Part shown: in pieces, positions 27,427 through 36,211 of the stretch | How the letters are laid out: the number at the start of each line of letters is the position of its first letter | Numbering within the stretch: the first letter of the stretch is position 1 | Source: Actinomycetota bacterium | GTDB lineage: Bacteria > Actinomycetota > UBA4738 > HRBIN12 | Assembly: GCA_038249195.1 (NCBI GenBank) | Contig: JBBRWM010000001.1 | Coordinates: 395,489 to 459,488, forward strand | DNA length: 64,000 nucleotides | Reading direction: 5' to 3' | Notes under the pieces: generated by a model | What the model saw: only the letters and a program-made list of their open reading frames with translations | What the model was told of the DNA's origin: nothing | The model's database searches: none | Position numbers and translations under genes: made by a program

Positions 27427-28929
27427 CTACTTCGCCCGTGCGTCGGCGAGTCCGAAGACGTAGCCCTCCCGGGTGCCGAGGTAGAGCCATCCGTGCCACA
27501 CGGCGGGCGTGGATTCGATGCACCCGTTCAGGTTGAGCTTCCAGATGAGCCCCGGCGGTTGAGAAGCGTCCGCGATGTTCCAGGCGTAGAGATCGCCCGC
27601 GCAATCGCCCTGGATCAAGACGCCGTCCACCACCACGGGTGAGCCGATGGACGGGGCGCTCACGTGGACCTCCCACAGGATCTTCCCCGTGACGCGGTCG
27701 ACCTCGAGCACGCGGCCGGCGGCGGTGGTGAAGAACACCCGGTTGCCGTAGAGGGCGGGAGTGGACCAGCTGCCCCCCGCTCCCTCGAACCCGATCTGAC
27801 GCGCCGGGAGGCTCCACACCAAGGGGTCGTCGGGGCGCGACGGATCGAGCTTCATCAGCTGGCCGACCTCGCGGGAACGTTCGTTGAACCGCTGGTACTC
27901 GCTCGCGAGGTACAGGTATCCCTGCTGGTCGATCACGACCGTAGCGTCCGTATCGTCGCCGGTCCAGAAGCGGAACACCTGGTGGTAGTCGGACCCGCCG
28001 GCGAGCAATCCCGAGATATCCCACCCCTGGACGAGGCCCCCCGAGTTCGCGAAGTAGGCGACGCCGTCGCGGAACGCCACGGAGCTCTCGATCGAAACCT
28101 CTCGGTCCCCGAGGTCGGACAGGAGCTGGTCATCGAAGCCGGCGATCGTGGCGACCACCTTCGGATGGACCTCAACGAGTCCCTGCTCGTCGTAGCCTCG
28201 ATGGAGCCGGATCACGTAGAACCAGCCGTTCTCGCCGCCCTCCAGCAGATAGTCGCCGACGACGAGCGGCGCCCCGTCCCAATCGTTGTTGCGGAGTGGA
28301 TCGGTCGCCGACGTGTCGGCGTTCAACTCCCACAGCACCTCCGGGGCGGACCGGTCCAGCGCGATCACCCGGAGGTAATTGTCCCTCGAGCCCCCGTAGT
28401 AGAGGGGGAAGCCGTCGGGGTCCGAGGTCGCCGAACCCTTCGCGAGGTCGCGCGTCACGAGGTCGGGCCTGGTGGGCTGGCCCGTCCGCCCGTCGAGGAA
28501 GTGGTACTTCCCGTCGTAGGCGCCTTCGCGCACCTCGACGCCGCCCCCCGGCGACTGGATCACGTTGGGCTGCCCGGTCCATCCGGTGCCGCACCATTCG
28601 CTCGAGTCCAGCCCCACGATCGACGTGCTGCACAGCTTGTTCTGGGGCTCCCGCCAGCGGATCACGGGGTCGCCAGGCACCGGGCCTTCGCCGTAGTACG
28701 AGCGTGAGAGGTTCCCCCGGAACGTCGTGAGGCCCTGCACCTTCGTGTTCACGGGCCCGGGCGTCTTCACACCTCCGCGCGGCGGAAGCGACGCCCCCCC
28801 GCCCGAACCAGCCGATGGCCGGACCATCGCGAACCCCACCCCCGCCACCAGCAGCGCGGCAACCACCCCGAGGATGAGCGCCACGGTGGAGCGGGGAAGC
28901 GTGGGGAAGCGACCGGCCATACGTCGCAT
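27427..28929 (-). CDS. Membrane-anchored PQQ-like beta-propeller repeat protein
   Basis: N-terminal TM anchor. Repeated W-containing propeller blades (VLWEL, GWFYV, VQGWDI, KILWEV, LIWKL, GWLYLG) typical of PQQ/BamB-like propellers. Confidence 0.7.
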   Translation of the reverse strand: MRRMAGRFPTLPRSTVALILGVVAALLVAGVGFAMVRPSAGSGGGASLPPRGGVKTPGPVNTKVQGLTTFRGNLSRSYYGEGPVPGDPVIRWREPQNKLCSTSIVGLDSSEWCGTGWTGQPNVIQSPGGGVEVREGAYDGKYHFLDGRTGQPTRPDLVTRDLAKGSATSDPDGFPLYYGGSRDNYLRVIALDRSAPEVLWELNADTSATDPLRNNDWDGAPLVVGDYLLEGGENGWFYVIRLHRGYDEQGLVEVHPKVVATIAGFDDQLLSDLGDREVSIESSVAFRDGVAYFANSGGLVQGWDISGLLAGGSDYHQVFRFWTGDDTDATVVIDQQGYLYLASEYQRFNERSREVGQLMKLDPSRPDDPLVWSLPARQIGFEGAGGSWSTPALYGNRVFFTTAAGRVLEVDRVTGKILWEVHVSAPSIGSPVVVDGVLIQGDCAGDLYAWNIADASQPPGLIWKLNLNGCIESTPAVWHGWLYLGTREGYVFGLADARAK

Positions 28930-28951
28930 CCTAATTCCCCCCGGCGTTCGC

Positions 28952-29776
28952 TCAGACGGGCTCGCCGGCGGCTCGGTAGGACCCGAGGACCCGCAGGAGC
29001 GACGTGTGAACCGCGACGTCTGTGAGGGCAGACTTCACCTGCGGATCGTCGGCGGCCGCCATGAGGTCGACGTAGAACACGTACTCGAACGGCTTGCCTC
29101 GGCGAGGACGGGACTCCAGCTTGTGCAGGTTGATCTCACGTACGGCGAAGGGCTGGAGCGAGGCGAGCAGCGACCCGGGTTCGTCGGAGACCGCCATCAC
29201 CAGCGAGGTTTTGTCGGGGACCCCAAGATGCGGGTCCGTGCTGCCGATGGCGGCGAACTTCGTGAGGTTCTCCTTCTCCGTCTGGATGCGTTCGGCCAGT
29301 ACCGCGAGTCCGAACCGCTTGCCCGCCTCCACGCCGGCCACGGCCGCCTGCGCGGGGTCACCCGTCTCGGCCACCATCCGCGCGGCGCCCGCCGTATCGT
29401 TCACGGGGACGGCCTCGATCCCCATCGCCGCCAAGAACTCCTCGCATTGTGCGAGCGCCTGCCAATGAGAATGGGCTCGGCGCACCCCCTCGAGGCGAGC
29501 CCCGGGAGGGCCGAGCAGCGCGTGGTCGATCCGCACCAAGACCTCCCCCACCACGTGCAGCAGGGCCGTGTGCTGCAGCAGTTCGTAGGTCTCGTTCACC
29601 GAACCCGCTTGCGAGTTCTCCAACGGGACCACGCCATAGGCGGCCTCCCCGCTCGTGACCCGCGAGAACACGAGTCGCACGGTCTCGCACGGCATGGGAT
29701 GGGCGTCGGGGAAGAGCGCGCGGACGGCCCGCTCGCTGTAGGCGCCGGGCTCCCCCTGATAGGCCACCTCACTCAT
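28952..29776 (-). CDS. pheA: Prephenate dehydratase
   Basis: PDT catalytic domain (AYQGEPGAYSE, conserved TRF-like region) plus a C-terminal ACT domain (ESRPRRGKPFEYVFYVDL). Confidence 0.9.
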   Translation of the reverse strand: MSEVAYQGEPGAYSERAVRALFPDAHPMPCETVRLVFSRVTSGEAAYGVVPLENSQAGSVNETYELLQHTALLHVVGEVLVRIDHALLGPPGARLEGVRRAHSHWQALAQCEEFLAAMGIEAVPVNDTAGAARMVAETGDPAQAAVAGVEAGKRFGLAVLAERIQTEKENLTKFAAIGSTDPHLGVPDKTSLVMAVSDEPGSLLASLQPFAVREINLHKLESRPRRGKPFEYVFYVDLMAAADDPQVKSALTDVAVHTSLLRVLGSYRAAGEPV

Positions 29777-29915
29777 GGCCGCAGAGCCTAGCAGTGGCTC
29801 CGATCCGCCCTTGTCCCTAGGTAGGGAGGCCTGGGGAGGCGATGATAGGCTTCGGTCGTTGGCGCGGTCCGGGGCGGCTCGCCCGCCCGGAGTTCCCCCG
29901 GTGCCATCGCAGCTG

Positions 29916-31931
29916 ATGGAGATACCCACCCGCGCCGAGATGCCCGAGCATGCCCCGCCGACCCATGCCGGGGACGACCCTCGCGCGCGGAAGCCGCGGC
30001 GGCGCTGGCCTCGCCTTGTCGGCTGGTTCCTCTCCGCCTTCGCCGCCCTCGCGCTGGTGCTGGGCGCCCTCACCCTCGTGGCGTCACTCGGGGTGCGATC
30101 GGAGCTCAAACGGGGAGCGGACGAGCTCAAGGCGGGGAAACGGTCGCTCGCCGACGGCGACCTCGCACGAGCAACGGACGCGTTCGCCGGTGCCGGGGCG
30201 ACCTTCTCGACGGCAGAGGACCGAGCCTCGGGCGGGCTCGCCCGCGTCGTGCGCGCGGTGCCGATCCTTGGCCGCAACCTGGACGTGGCGGCGGGTACCG
30301 CAACCGCGGGACGAGAGCTCTCGATGGCGGGATCCCAGCTGGCCGGCGCGGTCGACGGACTCCCCGACGGAATCGGGTCGCTCGCCCCCCGGGACGGGAC
30401 GATTCCGGTCGCAGCCATCGCCACGCTCACCGACGAGGTCGCCTCGGCCGAAGCTCACGCCGACGCGGCGCTCGCCGCGATCGACGCCACCCCCTCCACG
30501 CTCCTCGTCGGCCCAGTGGCGACCGCGCGTCTGGACGCCCGCCAGCAGGTGATCGAGGCCGCGACATCCTTGCGCTCGGCCTCCGAGCTGCTGGGGGCGT
30601 TCCCGGCGTTCGCGGGCGCCGACGGGCCGCGCCACTATCTCCTCGTGGCCGAGAGCCCGGCGGAGCAGCGAGGGACCGGAGGGATCTGGGGCGCGTTCGC
30701 GATCCTCACCGCCGACGCCGGCCGGATCTCCGTCTCGCCGTTCCGCGGCGTCCTCACCCTGCCGCAGCTGCGCCCCGACCAGGTGCCCGCCCCCAACCCG
30801 GACTACCGCAGGAACTACGACGCTTACGGCGGGGCCGGATCATTCCGCGATCTCAACATGACCCCCGACTTCCCCTCGGCGGCACGCGCCGCCCTGTCGA
30901 ACTACCTCGTGAGCACCGGCACGCAACTCGACGGCGTCCTCAGCGCCGACCCGTTCGCGCTCCAGGAGTTGTTCAAGGTCACCGGGCCGGCCACCATCCC
31001 CTCCCTCGGTGTCACGGTGGATGCCTCCAACCTCGTCGACTTCACCACGAACGAGGCGTACATCCGCTTCGCGAACCAGGGGAAGGTACGCAAAGGAGTC
31101 CTCGGCGCGGTAGCGGGGGCCGCGTTCGAGGAGTTCCTGGCCCAGCCGGGTGAGGCGCTCCCCAAGCTGAAGGCCATCGGGCGCGCGGTGGCGAACGGCA
31201 ACCTCAAGGTGTTCAGCACGGATCCCTCATTCGAACAGGGATTGCACACGGCCGGTCGGGACGGCGCCCTCGCCACCGCTCCCGGCGAGGATCTCCTCTC
31301 GGTGGTCGTGAACAACGTGGCCGCCAGCAAGATCGACTATTACGTGCGCAGGGCCGTGGACTACGACGTCCAGCTGGGCGGCAAGGGACAGGCCTTCGCG
31401 ACCACGGATGTCACGCTCCACAACGAAGCCCCCGACACGCCCATCCCGGGCGACGTGATCAACCCGGCCACGCCCGGGTACCGTCGAGGGGAGGCGGCGA
31501 ACCTGATCACGGTGTCCTGCCCCGGACCCTGCGGGCTGGAAGAAGCCCAGCGCGACGGGAGGGACGCCCAGCTGCGCGTAGGATCCGAGCTGGGCCATGC
31601 CTGGTACCAAGACGTCATGGTCGTGCCGGCGGGCAGTACGCGTTCCTTGCACCTGGTCACGTCCCGGAACGACGCCTGGAGCGGGAACGACACGGGTGGG
31701 TCCTATCGCCTGAGGATCCTCCCCCAGACCACGGTCCACCCCACGTCGTTCCGGGCGACGATCCACGCTCCCGCGGGCACGAGGATCAGCTGGACGAGCG
31801 AGCCGATGCAGGTGAACGGCGCGACGGCCGTGTGGAGCGGGCAACCGCGAGGACCGGTTACGCTCGAGGTGCGCTTCGGGGCAACGATCCCGTTGAGTTG
31901 GTGGCGGAACCTGATCCGTCCCCTGAGCTAA
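29916..31931 (+). CDS. DUF4012 domain membrane-anchored protein
   Basis: N-terminal TM helix (LVGWFLSAFAALALVLGALTLV) followed by a large extracytoplasmic domain with the DUF4012 pattern. Start uncertain (ORF opens at 29775; ATGs at 29916 and 29940). Confidence 0.55.
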   Translation: MEIPTRAEMPEHAPPTHAGDDPRARKPRRRWPRLVGWFLSAFAALALVLGALTLVASLGVRSELKRGADELKAGKRSLADGDLARATDAFAGAGATFSTAEDRASGGLARVVRAVPILGRNLDVAAGTATAGRELSMAGSQLAGAVDGLPDGIGSLAPRDGTIPVAAIATLTDEVASAEAHADAALAAIDATPSTLLVGPVATARLDARQQVIEAATSLRSASELLGAFPAFAGADGPRHYLLVAESPAEQRGTGGIWGAFAILTADAGRISVSPFRGVLTLPQLRPDQVPAPNPDYRRNYDAYGGAGSFRDLNMTPDFPSAARAALSNYLVSTGTQLDGVLSADPFALQELFKVTGPATIPSLGVTVDASNLVDFTTNEAYIRFANQGKVRKGVLGAVAGAAFEEFLAQPGEALPKLKAIGRAVANGNLKVFSTDPSFEQGLHTAGRDGALATAPGEDLLSVVVNNVAASKIDYYVRRAVDYDVQLGGKGQAFATTDVTLHNEAPDTPIPGDVINPATPGYRRGEAANLITVSCPGPCGLEEAQRDGRDAQLRVGSELGHAWYQDVMVVPAGSTRSLHLVTSRNDAWSGNDTGGSYRLRILPQTTVHPTSFRATIHAPAGTRISWTSEPMQVNGATAVWSGQPRGPVTLEVRFGATIPLSWWRNLIRPLS

Positions 31932-32021
31932 GGCCACTTCGGAGATTTCCGAGCCGGCATGCAGAAGCGCCCCGGGCTCGCCGGGGCGCCTCACGATCTT
32001 CGTTTCCGCTGGTCGTTGCGG

Positions 32022-32258
32022 CTACGCCTGGCTTGCTGAGCGACGCCGGGCGAGGAGGAGCGCACCCAGGCCGACCACCAACAGCACCACCGCGACGATC
32101 GCGGCCATTGAGACGTTCCCGCCCGTGAAGGCCGTACCGCCGCCGTTCCCCTTGACCACCGTGGTGGGGGGTGGAGCGGTGGAATAGGCCAGGGCGGAGC
32201 CCGCCAACGTGGTCACGAGCGCCATGGCACCCGCGAACACTGCGGCCATCCTCTTCAT
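32022..32258 (-). CDS. Small secreted protein (78 aa) with C-terminal Gly-rich motif + TM + RRR tail (sorting-signal-like)
   Basis: N-terminal signal peptide (AMALVTTLAGSALA). The C-terminus GNGGGTAFTGGNVSMAAIVAVVLLVVGLGALLLARRRSASQA resembles sortase or GlyGly-CTERM type tripartite sorting signals. High GC3. Confidence 0.5.
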   Translation of the reverse strand: MKRMAAVFAGAMALVTTLAGSALAYSTAPPPTTVVKGNGGGTAFTGGNVSMAAIVAVVLLVVGLGALLLARRRSASQA

Positions 32259-32285
32259 CGCCGTTCCCTTCTGTCGCCCTGACGT

Positions 32286-32303
32286 CGTACGGATCCCCGT
32301 ACG
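32286..32303. promoter_or_regulatory. Inverted repeat CGTACGG-atcc-CCGTACG upstream of the small secreted protein gene
   Basis: Perfect 7-nt arms with a 4-nt spacer, about 30-45 nt upstream of the 32258 start codon, in a lower-GC region. It shares the CGTACG..ATCC..CGTAC core with the flp-upstream palindrome. Confidence 0.4.
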
Positions 32304-32443
32304 TGTCCTACGAACTACCGACGAGATGATAGGGCGTTCGGGCTACGCGTAGCAACTAGCCGAAGGACCAATATCTGGCATCCGCCCTTCGGACCGCTGG
32401 TCAAACGCTTCAGTTCCCTGGTCGCGGGGCCGATACCACAGAA

Positions 32444-32638
32444 GTGAAGCTCCGCGCGTCCACGATCGATCGCATCGAGCAGGCCTTTGCCGAGGCCGTT
32501 GCTTCTGGGGACTACGACGCTGCCGACGGTTGGCTGACCACGGCACGCTACGTCACAGAGCGGGCCGACCCGAAGCGTCGGGTCGCCGGGACCCGGCGTC
32601 GCTCCGGGCGGGTTCGCGTCCTCGACGCTCCTCAGTAG
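32444..32638 (+). CDS. Possible small protein (64 aa), low confidence
   Basis: GTG-initiated ORF in the lower-GC intergenic region, with a protein-like composition (IDRIEQAFAEAVASGDYDAADGWLTTARYVTE). No clear RBS; its 3' end overlaps the convergent glycosyltransferase gene. Confidence 0.2.
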   Translation: MKLRASTIDRIEQAFAEAVASGDYDAADGWLTTARYVTERADPKRRVAGTRRRSGRVRVLDAPQ

Positions 32639-34212
32639 GCGCCGCGGCGCGACAACAACACCGGGACGGTCTTCACGAGGATGTACAGGTCGTAGGCGAG
32701 CGACCAGTTCTCGACGTAGAAGAGATCGAGGCGGACGCAGTCGTCGAAGGACAGGTCGCTGCGGCCGCTGACCTGCCAGAGCCCGCTGATGCCGGGCGGG
32801 ACCTCCAGGCGATCGAACTGCCAGTCCTCGTAGCGGTTGACCTCTTGGGGCAGCGGAGGGCGCGGACCCACGAGGCTCATCTGACCCCGGATCACGTTGA
32901 ACAGCTGCGGCAGTTCGTCGAGGCTCCATCGGCGGAGGAAGCGCCCCACCGGCGTCACCCGTGGGTCACGCGGGAGTTTGAACATCAGGTCGTTGACCCC
33001 GTGCTGGGCCCTGAGGCCCTCCACCATGGAGTCGGCGCCGACGCGCATGGTGCGGAACTTCAACATCGTGAAGGGACGGCCGCGCTGGCCCACCCGCGTG
33101 GCTCGGTACAAGGCAGGCCCCGGGGACGTGAGACGCACGGCCAGCGCCACGATGGCGAGCACCGGCGACAGGACGACCGCGATCGCGCCCGCCACGATGA
33201 CATCGAACACGCGCTTCACCACTGCCTGCGTACCGCTCAGGCGCACCGGTCGCAGGGACAGCGCAGTAACCCCCCCGAGTGATTGCACTGCAACACGAGA
33301 GGAGAGCACCTCGGGCAGCGTGGCCGTGATCCGGACCTCGACCCCCTCGAGGCGGACCGCCTTCGCGACGTGGCCCATCTCCTGCCCCGAGAGCGCGGAG
33401 GAGGCAACGAACACGCACTCGGCGCTCACCTCGCGGATGACGTCGCGCAGCTGCGATACCGAGCCGAGCACCGGGAAGTTCGGTCCCTCCTCGTCCGAGC
33501 TCTCCGTTGCGGTCGCGACCATCCCGATGGGGCGGAACCCGAAGGAAGGGAGCTGCATGAGCTCCACCAGATGCTCCGCCTCCTCGTTCGTGCCGACCAC
33601 GAGCGTTGGGAAGGCGAGGGACCCGTCGCGCCGACCCCGGCCGATCCGCTTGTGCCACAAGCGTCGGGACGCGAGCGCGGCCACGATCGCGAGCGCCCAG
33701 GACGCGGCGAGCCACTGTCGCGAATAGTCGGTCTTGGACGCGAACGCCAGGGCAAGGATGGCGAACAACCCCATGGAGACCGCCAGGATGATCCGGCGGA
33801 ATTCCTCGGCGGGCGTATACCGGTAGGCGTCGTACAGGTGGAACGCCTGGTAGGCCACCACCATCACCACGGGGGTGCCCACGAGCACCCACACGAAATA
33901 CGGCTGGGGGGATCGGAACCCGAAGCGCAGCCAGTAGGCGGCCAGGAGCGCGGCGCCGATGGCGAGAGCGTCCGTGAGCGCCACGGCTCGATACAGGCGG
34001 CGATAGGCGGCCCGCGTGGACGTGCCGGAGACCGCGCCCGTGATCTCCGTCCGCGGCGCAGCGCCGTGCTCAGCCTCACCGAGCATGGCTTCCTCGTAGC
34101 GACCCTGCAATGCGCGCCTCTCGTCTTGCGCGGCCGGGACCGGGGAAGGCAACGAGCCTCCGGGCGACGACCCTGTGCCGTGACGATAGCGGGTTGGCCC
34201 GCCCGATGCCAT
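32632..34212 (-). CDS. Polyprenyl-phosphate hexose-1-phosphate transferase (WbaP/EpsB-type priming glycosyltransferase)
   Basis: N-terminal TM bundle plus a C-terminal bacterial sugar transferase domain (KRVFDVIVAG..., MLKFRTM, SLVGPRP, DLFYVENWSL). Alternative start MLGEAEH near 34086. Confidence 0.85.
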   Translation of the reverse strand: MASGGPTRYRHGTGSSPGGSLPSPVPAAQDERRALQGRYEEAMLGEAEHGAAPRTEITGAVSGTSTRAAYRRLYRAVALTDALAIGAALLAAYWLRFGFRSPQPYFVWVLVGTPVVMVVAYQAFHLYDAYRYTPAEEFRRIILAVSMGLFAILALAFASKTDYSRQWLAASWALAIVAALASRRLWHKRIGRGRRDGSLAFPTLVVGTNEEAEHLVELMQLPSFGFRPIGMVATATESSDEEGPNFPVLGSVSQLRDVIREVSAECVFVASSALSGQEMGHVAKAVRLEGVEVRITATLPEVLSSRVAVQSLGGVTALSLRPVRLSGTQAVVKRVFDVIVAGAIAVVLSPVLAIVALAVRLTSPGPALYRATRVGQRGRPFTMLKFRTMRVGADSMVEGLRAQHGVNDLMFKLPRDPRVTPVGRFLRRWSLDELPQLFNVIRGQMSLVGPRPPLPQEVNRYEDWQFDRLEVPPGISGLWQVSGRSDLSFDDCVRLDLFYVENWSLAYDLYILVKTVPVLLSRRGAY

Positions 34213-34269
34213 CTGAAGACGGCGATGAGCCCAAGAAGTCGGCCGCGGAGACCGGGTGGGGCCTTCGAG

Positions 34270-35205
34270 CTAGCTGAAGCTCTGGAAGATGCGGATGGCG
34301 CCGGGCCCGATGATGACCACGAACAACGCCGGCAACACGCACAGCACGAGCGGGAAGACGATCTTCACGGGGGTCTGCTGGGCCTTCGCCTCGGCTCGCT
34401 GCCGACGCTTGATGCGGAGTTGTTGCGCCTGCGTACGCAGGACGCTCGCGATCGAAACGCCGAAGACGTCGGCCTGGATCATCGCGAGGGCGAAGGCGTT
34501 GAGCTCATCCACATCGGTGCGGTCCGCCAGGTGCCGGAACGCGTCCGAGCGTGGCACGCCCAGCTGGATCTCCTGGAGCATGCGCGCGAACTCCGAGGAA
34601 AGGACGCCGGGAACGTTGTGGACGACCTGCGCGATGGCCGCGTTGAGCGACAGCCCTGCCTCGACGCTGATCGTGAGCAGGTCCAGTGTGTCCGAGAGGG
34701 TCCGGAGGATCTCGCGCTGGCGTTCCTCGACCTTTCGGTTCAAGACGGAGTCCGGCACGACGAATCCGACGAAGGTCAGCAGCCCCATGATGACGATGGC
34801 GACGAACGGTGTCGGGTGCATGATCCCGATGGCGGCCAGGCCGCCGACCACGCCCCCGACGGCGCCGATGACCTTGAACGCCAGCACGCGCTCGGCGTCC
34901 CACCCCAGCGGGCTCCCCGCGACCTGGAGCTTCTTCGTCAATCGCTCGCGAGCATCGATCGGAGTGATGCGGCGCGCGATCCTTCCGGCGCGCGACACGA
35001 TGGGGACCATGACGCGCGAGCCGAAGCCCTCGCTCATGGATCGTTCGCGCAGGTCGACCGGCTGGTCGAGCGAGCCCGACACCTGCGACTCGAGCATGCG
35101 CACGGCGCGCTTGCGCTCGGATTGTGCGCCCTCCAGGGCCACGCCGACGAGCAGGATGGCGAAGAACACACTGGCGACGGCGAGCACGAGCAAGATCTCA
35201 GACAT
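34270..35205 (-). CDS. tadC: Tad pilus assembly membrane protein TadC (T2SS F family)
   Basis: T2SSF-family helices (LRTLSDTLDLLTISVEAGLSL...). Follows tadB with an 8-nt overlap. Confidence 0.8.
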   Translation of the reverse strand: MSEILLVLAVASVFFAILLVGVALEGAQSERKRAVRMLESQVSGSLDQPVDLRERSMSEGFGSRVMVPIVSRAGRIARRITPIDARERLTKKLQVAGSPLGWDAERVLAFKVIGAVGGVVGGLAAIGIMHPTPFVAIVIMGLLTFVGFVVPDSVLNRKVEERQREILRTLSDTLDLLTISVEAGLSLNAAIAQVVHNVPGVLSSEFARMLQEIQLGVPRSDAFRHLADRTDVDELNAFALAMIQADVFGVSIASVLRTQAQQLRIKRRQRAEAKAQQTPVKIVFPLVLCVLPALFVVIIGPGAIRIFQSFS

Positions 35206-36211
35206 CGATGTTCACGATCTTTCTCATCCAGGCGACCCCGACGCCGAGCAGGCCCAAGGCGCCGCCCAGCATGAAGAGGCCGATTCGGGTAGTGACGAGG
35301 AGCCCGATGTAGCTGGGGTTGGACAGGAAGAGGTAGGTACCGATCCCGACCGGCAGCAAGGCGAGCACCCACGCGGACAGCCGACCCTCGGCGGTGAGGA
35401 CCTGGATCTGTCGGCGCATCATCGCCCGCTCGCGCAGCGTGTCGGCCACGTTGTCGAGGATCTCTGCCAGGTTCCCGCCGACCTCGCGCTGGATGTTGAC
35501 GGCCAGGACCGCCCAGCGGAAGTCATCGCTGCCCACGCGCTCGGCCAGGGCCTCGAGGGCCTCCTCCGTGGCGCGGCCCAGCCGGATCTCGGCCACAACG
35601 CGCTGGAACTCCAGGCAGGCCGGCTGCGGGATCTCCTTGGCGACGGTGTCCAGGGATTGCATGAAGCTGTGGCCGGCGCGCAACGAGCTCGCCATGATGG
35701 TGAGGACGTCGGGCAGCTGATCTCGCAACTTCTCCGCGCGCTTCTTGATGGCCGTCCGCAGGAAGAACCATGGTCCCAGGCCGGCAACCCCGCCCACGAG
35801 GAGCGCCATGGACGGTTTGCGCAGGAGTGCCGCGCCGAGCACGGCCCCCAACAGGGCCGCGCCCACGGAGATCACGACGAACTCCCCGACACGGATGCTC
35901 ATGCCGGCCGCTTCGAGCTCCGCATCCACGCGCGCGCTGAACCCGCGCGAGTCCGCGAAACGACGCCCGAACGAGCTCACACGCTCGGGGATCCATCCGG
36001 TGCCGGGGCGGTTGTCCGAGGCCGCCACCGGCTGGGAGTTCGGCCGAGCCACGGAGGCCATGCGCGCCGCCATCTCGCGGTCGCTCTTGGCCCTGATCGC
36101 CGTGCCGAACAGCAGCCAGCCGACGACGAACGCGGCCAGGCCCACCAGGGCCACGACCACGATCTGGGCCATCGGACCCGTCCAGAATTCGACCGCGAGC
36201 AGCGCCTGCAT
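35198..36211 (-). CDS. tadB: Tad pilus assembly membrane protein TadB (T2SS F family)
   Basis: T2SSF domain (LPDVLTIMASSLRAGHSFMQSL...). 1-nt overlap with the tadA stop. Confidence 0.8.
   Translation of the reverse strand: MQALLAVEFWTGPMAQIVVVALVGLAAFVVGWLLFGTAIRAKSDREMAARMASVARPNSQPVAASDNRPGTGWIPERVSSFGRRFADSRGFSARVDAELEAAGMSIRVGEFVVISVGAALLGAVLGAALLRKPSMALLVGGVAGLGPWFFLRTAIKKRAEKLRDQLPDVLTIMASSLRAGHSFMQSLDTVAKEIPQPACLEFQRVVAEIRLGRATEEALEALAERVGSDDFRWAVLAVNIQREVGGNLAEILDNVADTLRERAMMRRQIQVLTAEGRLSAWVLALLPVGIGTYLFLSNPSYIGLLVTTRIGLFMLGGALGLLGVGVAWMRKIVNIDV

Noticed and set aside
29775-29915. ATG at 29775 as the start of the DUF4012 gene
   Set aside because: It would overlap the divergent pheA start codon on the opposite strand, leaving no promoter region for either gene. 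The added 47 residues are Pro/Arg-rich. A downstream ATG (29916 or 29940) preceding the TM helix is more plausible.
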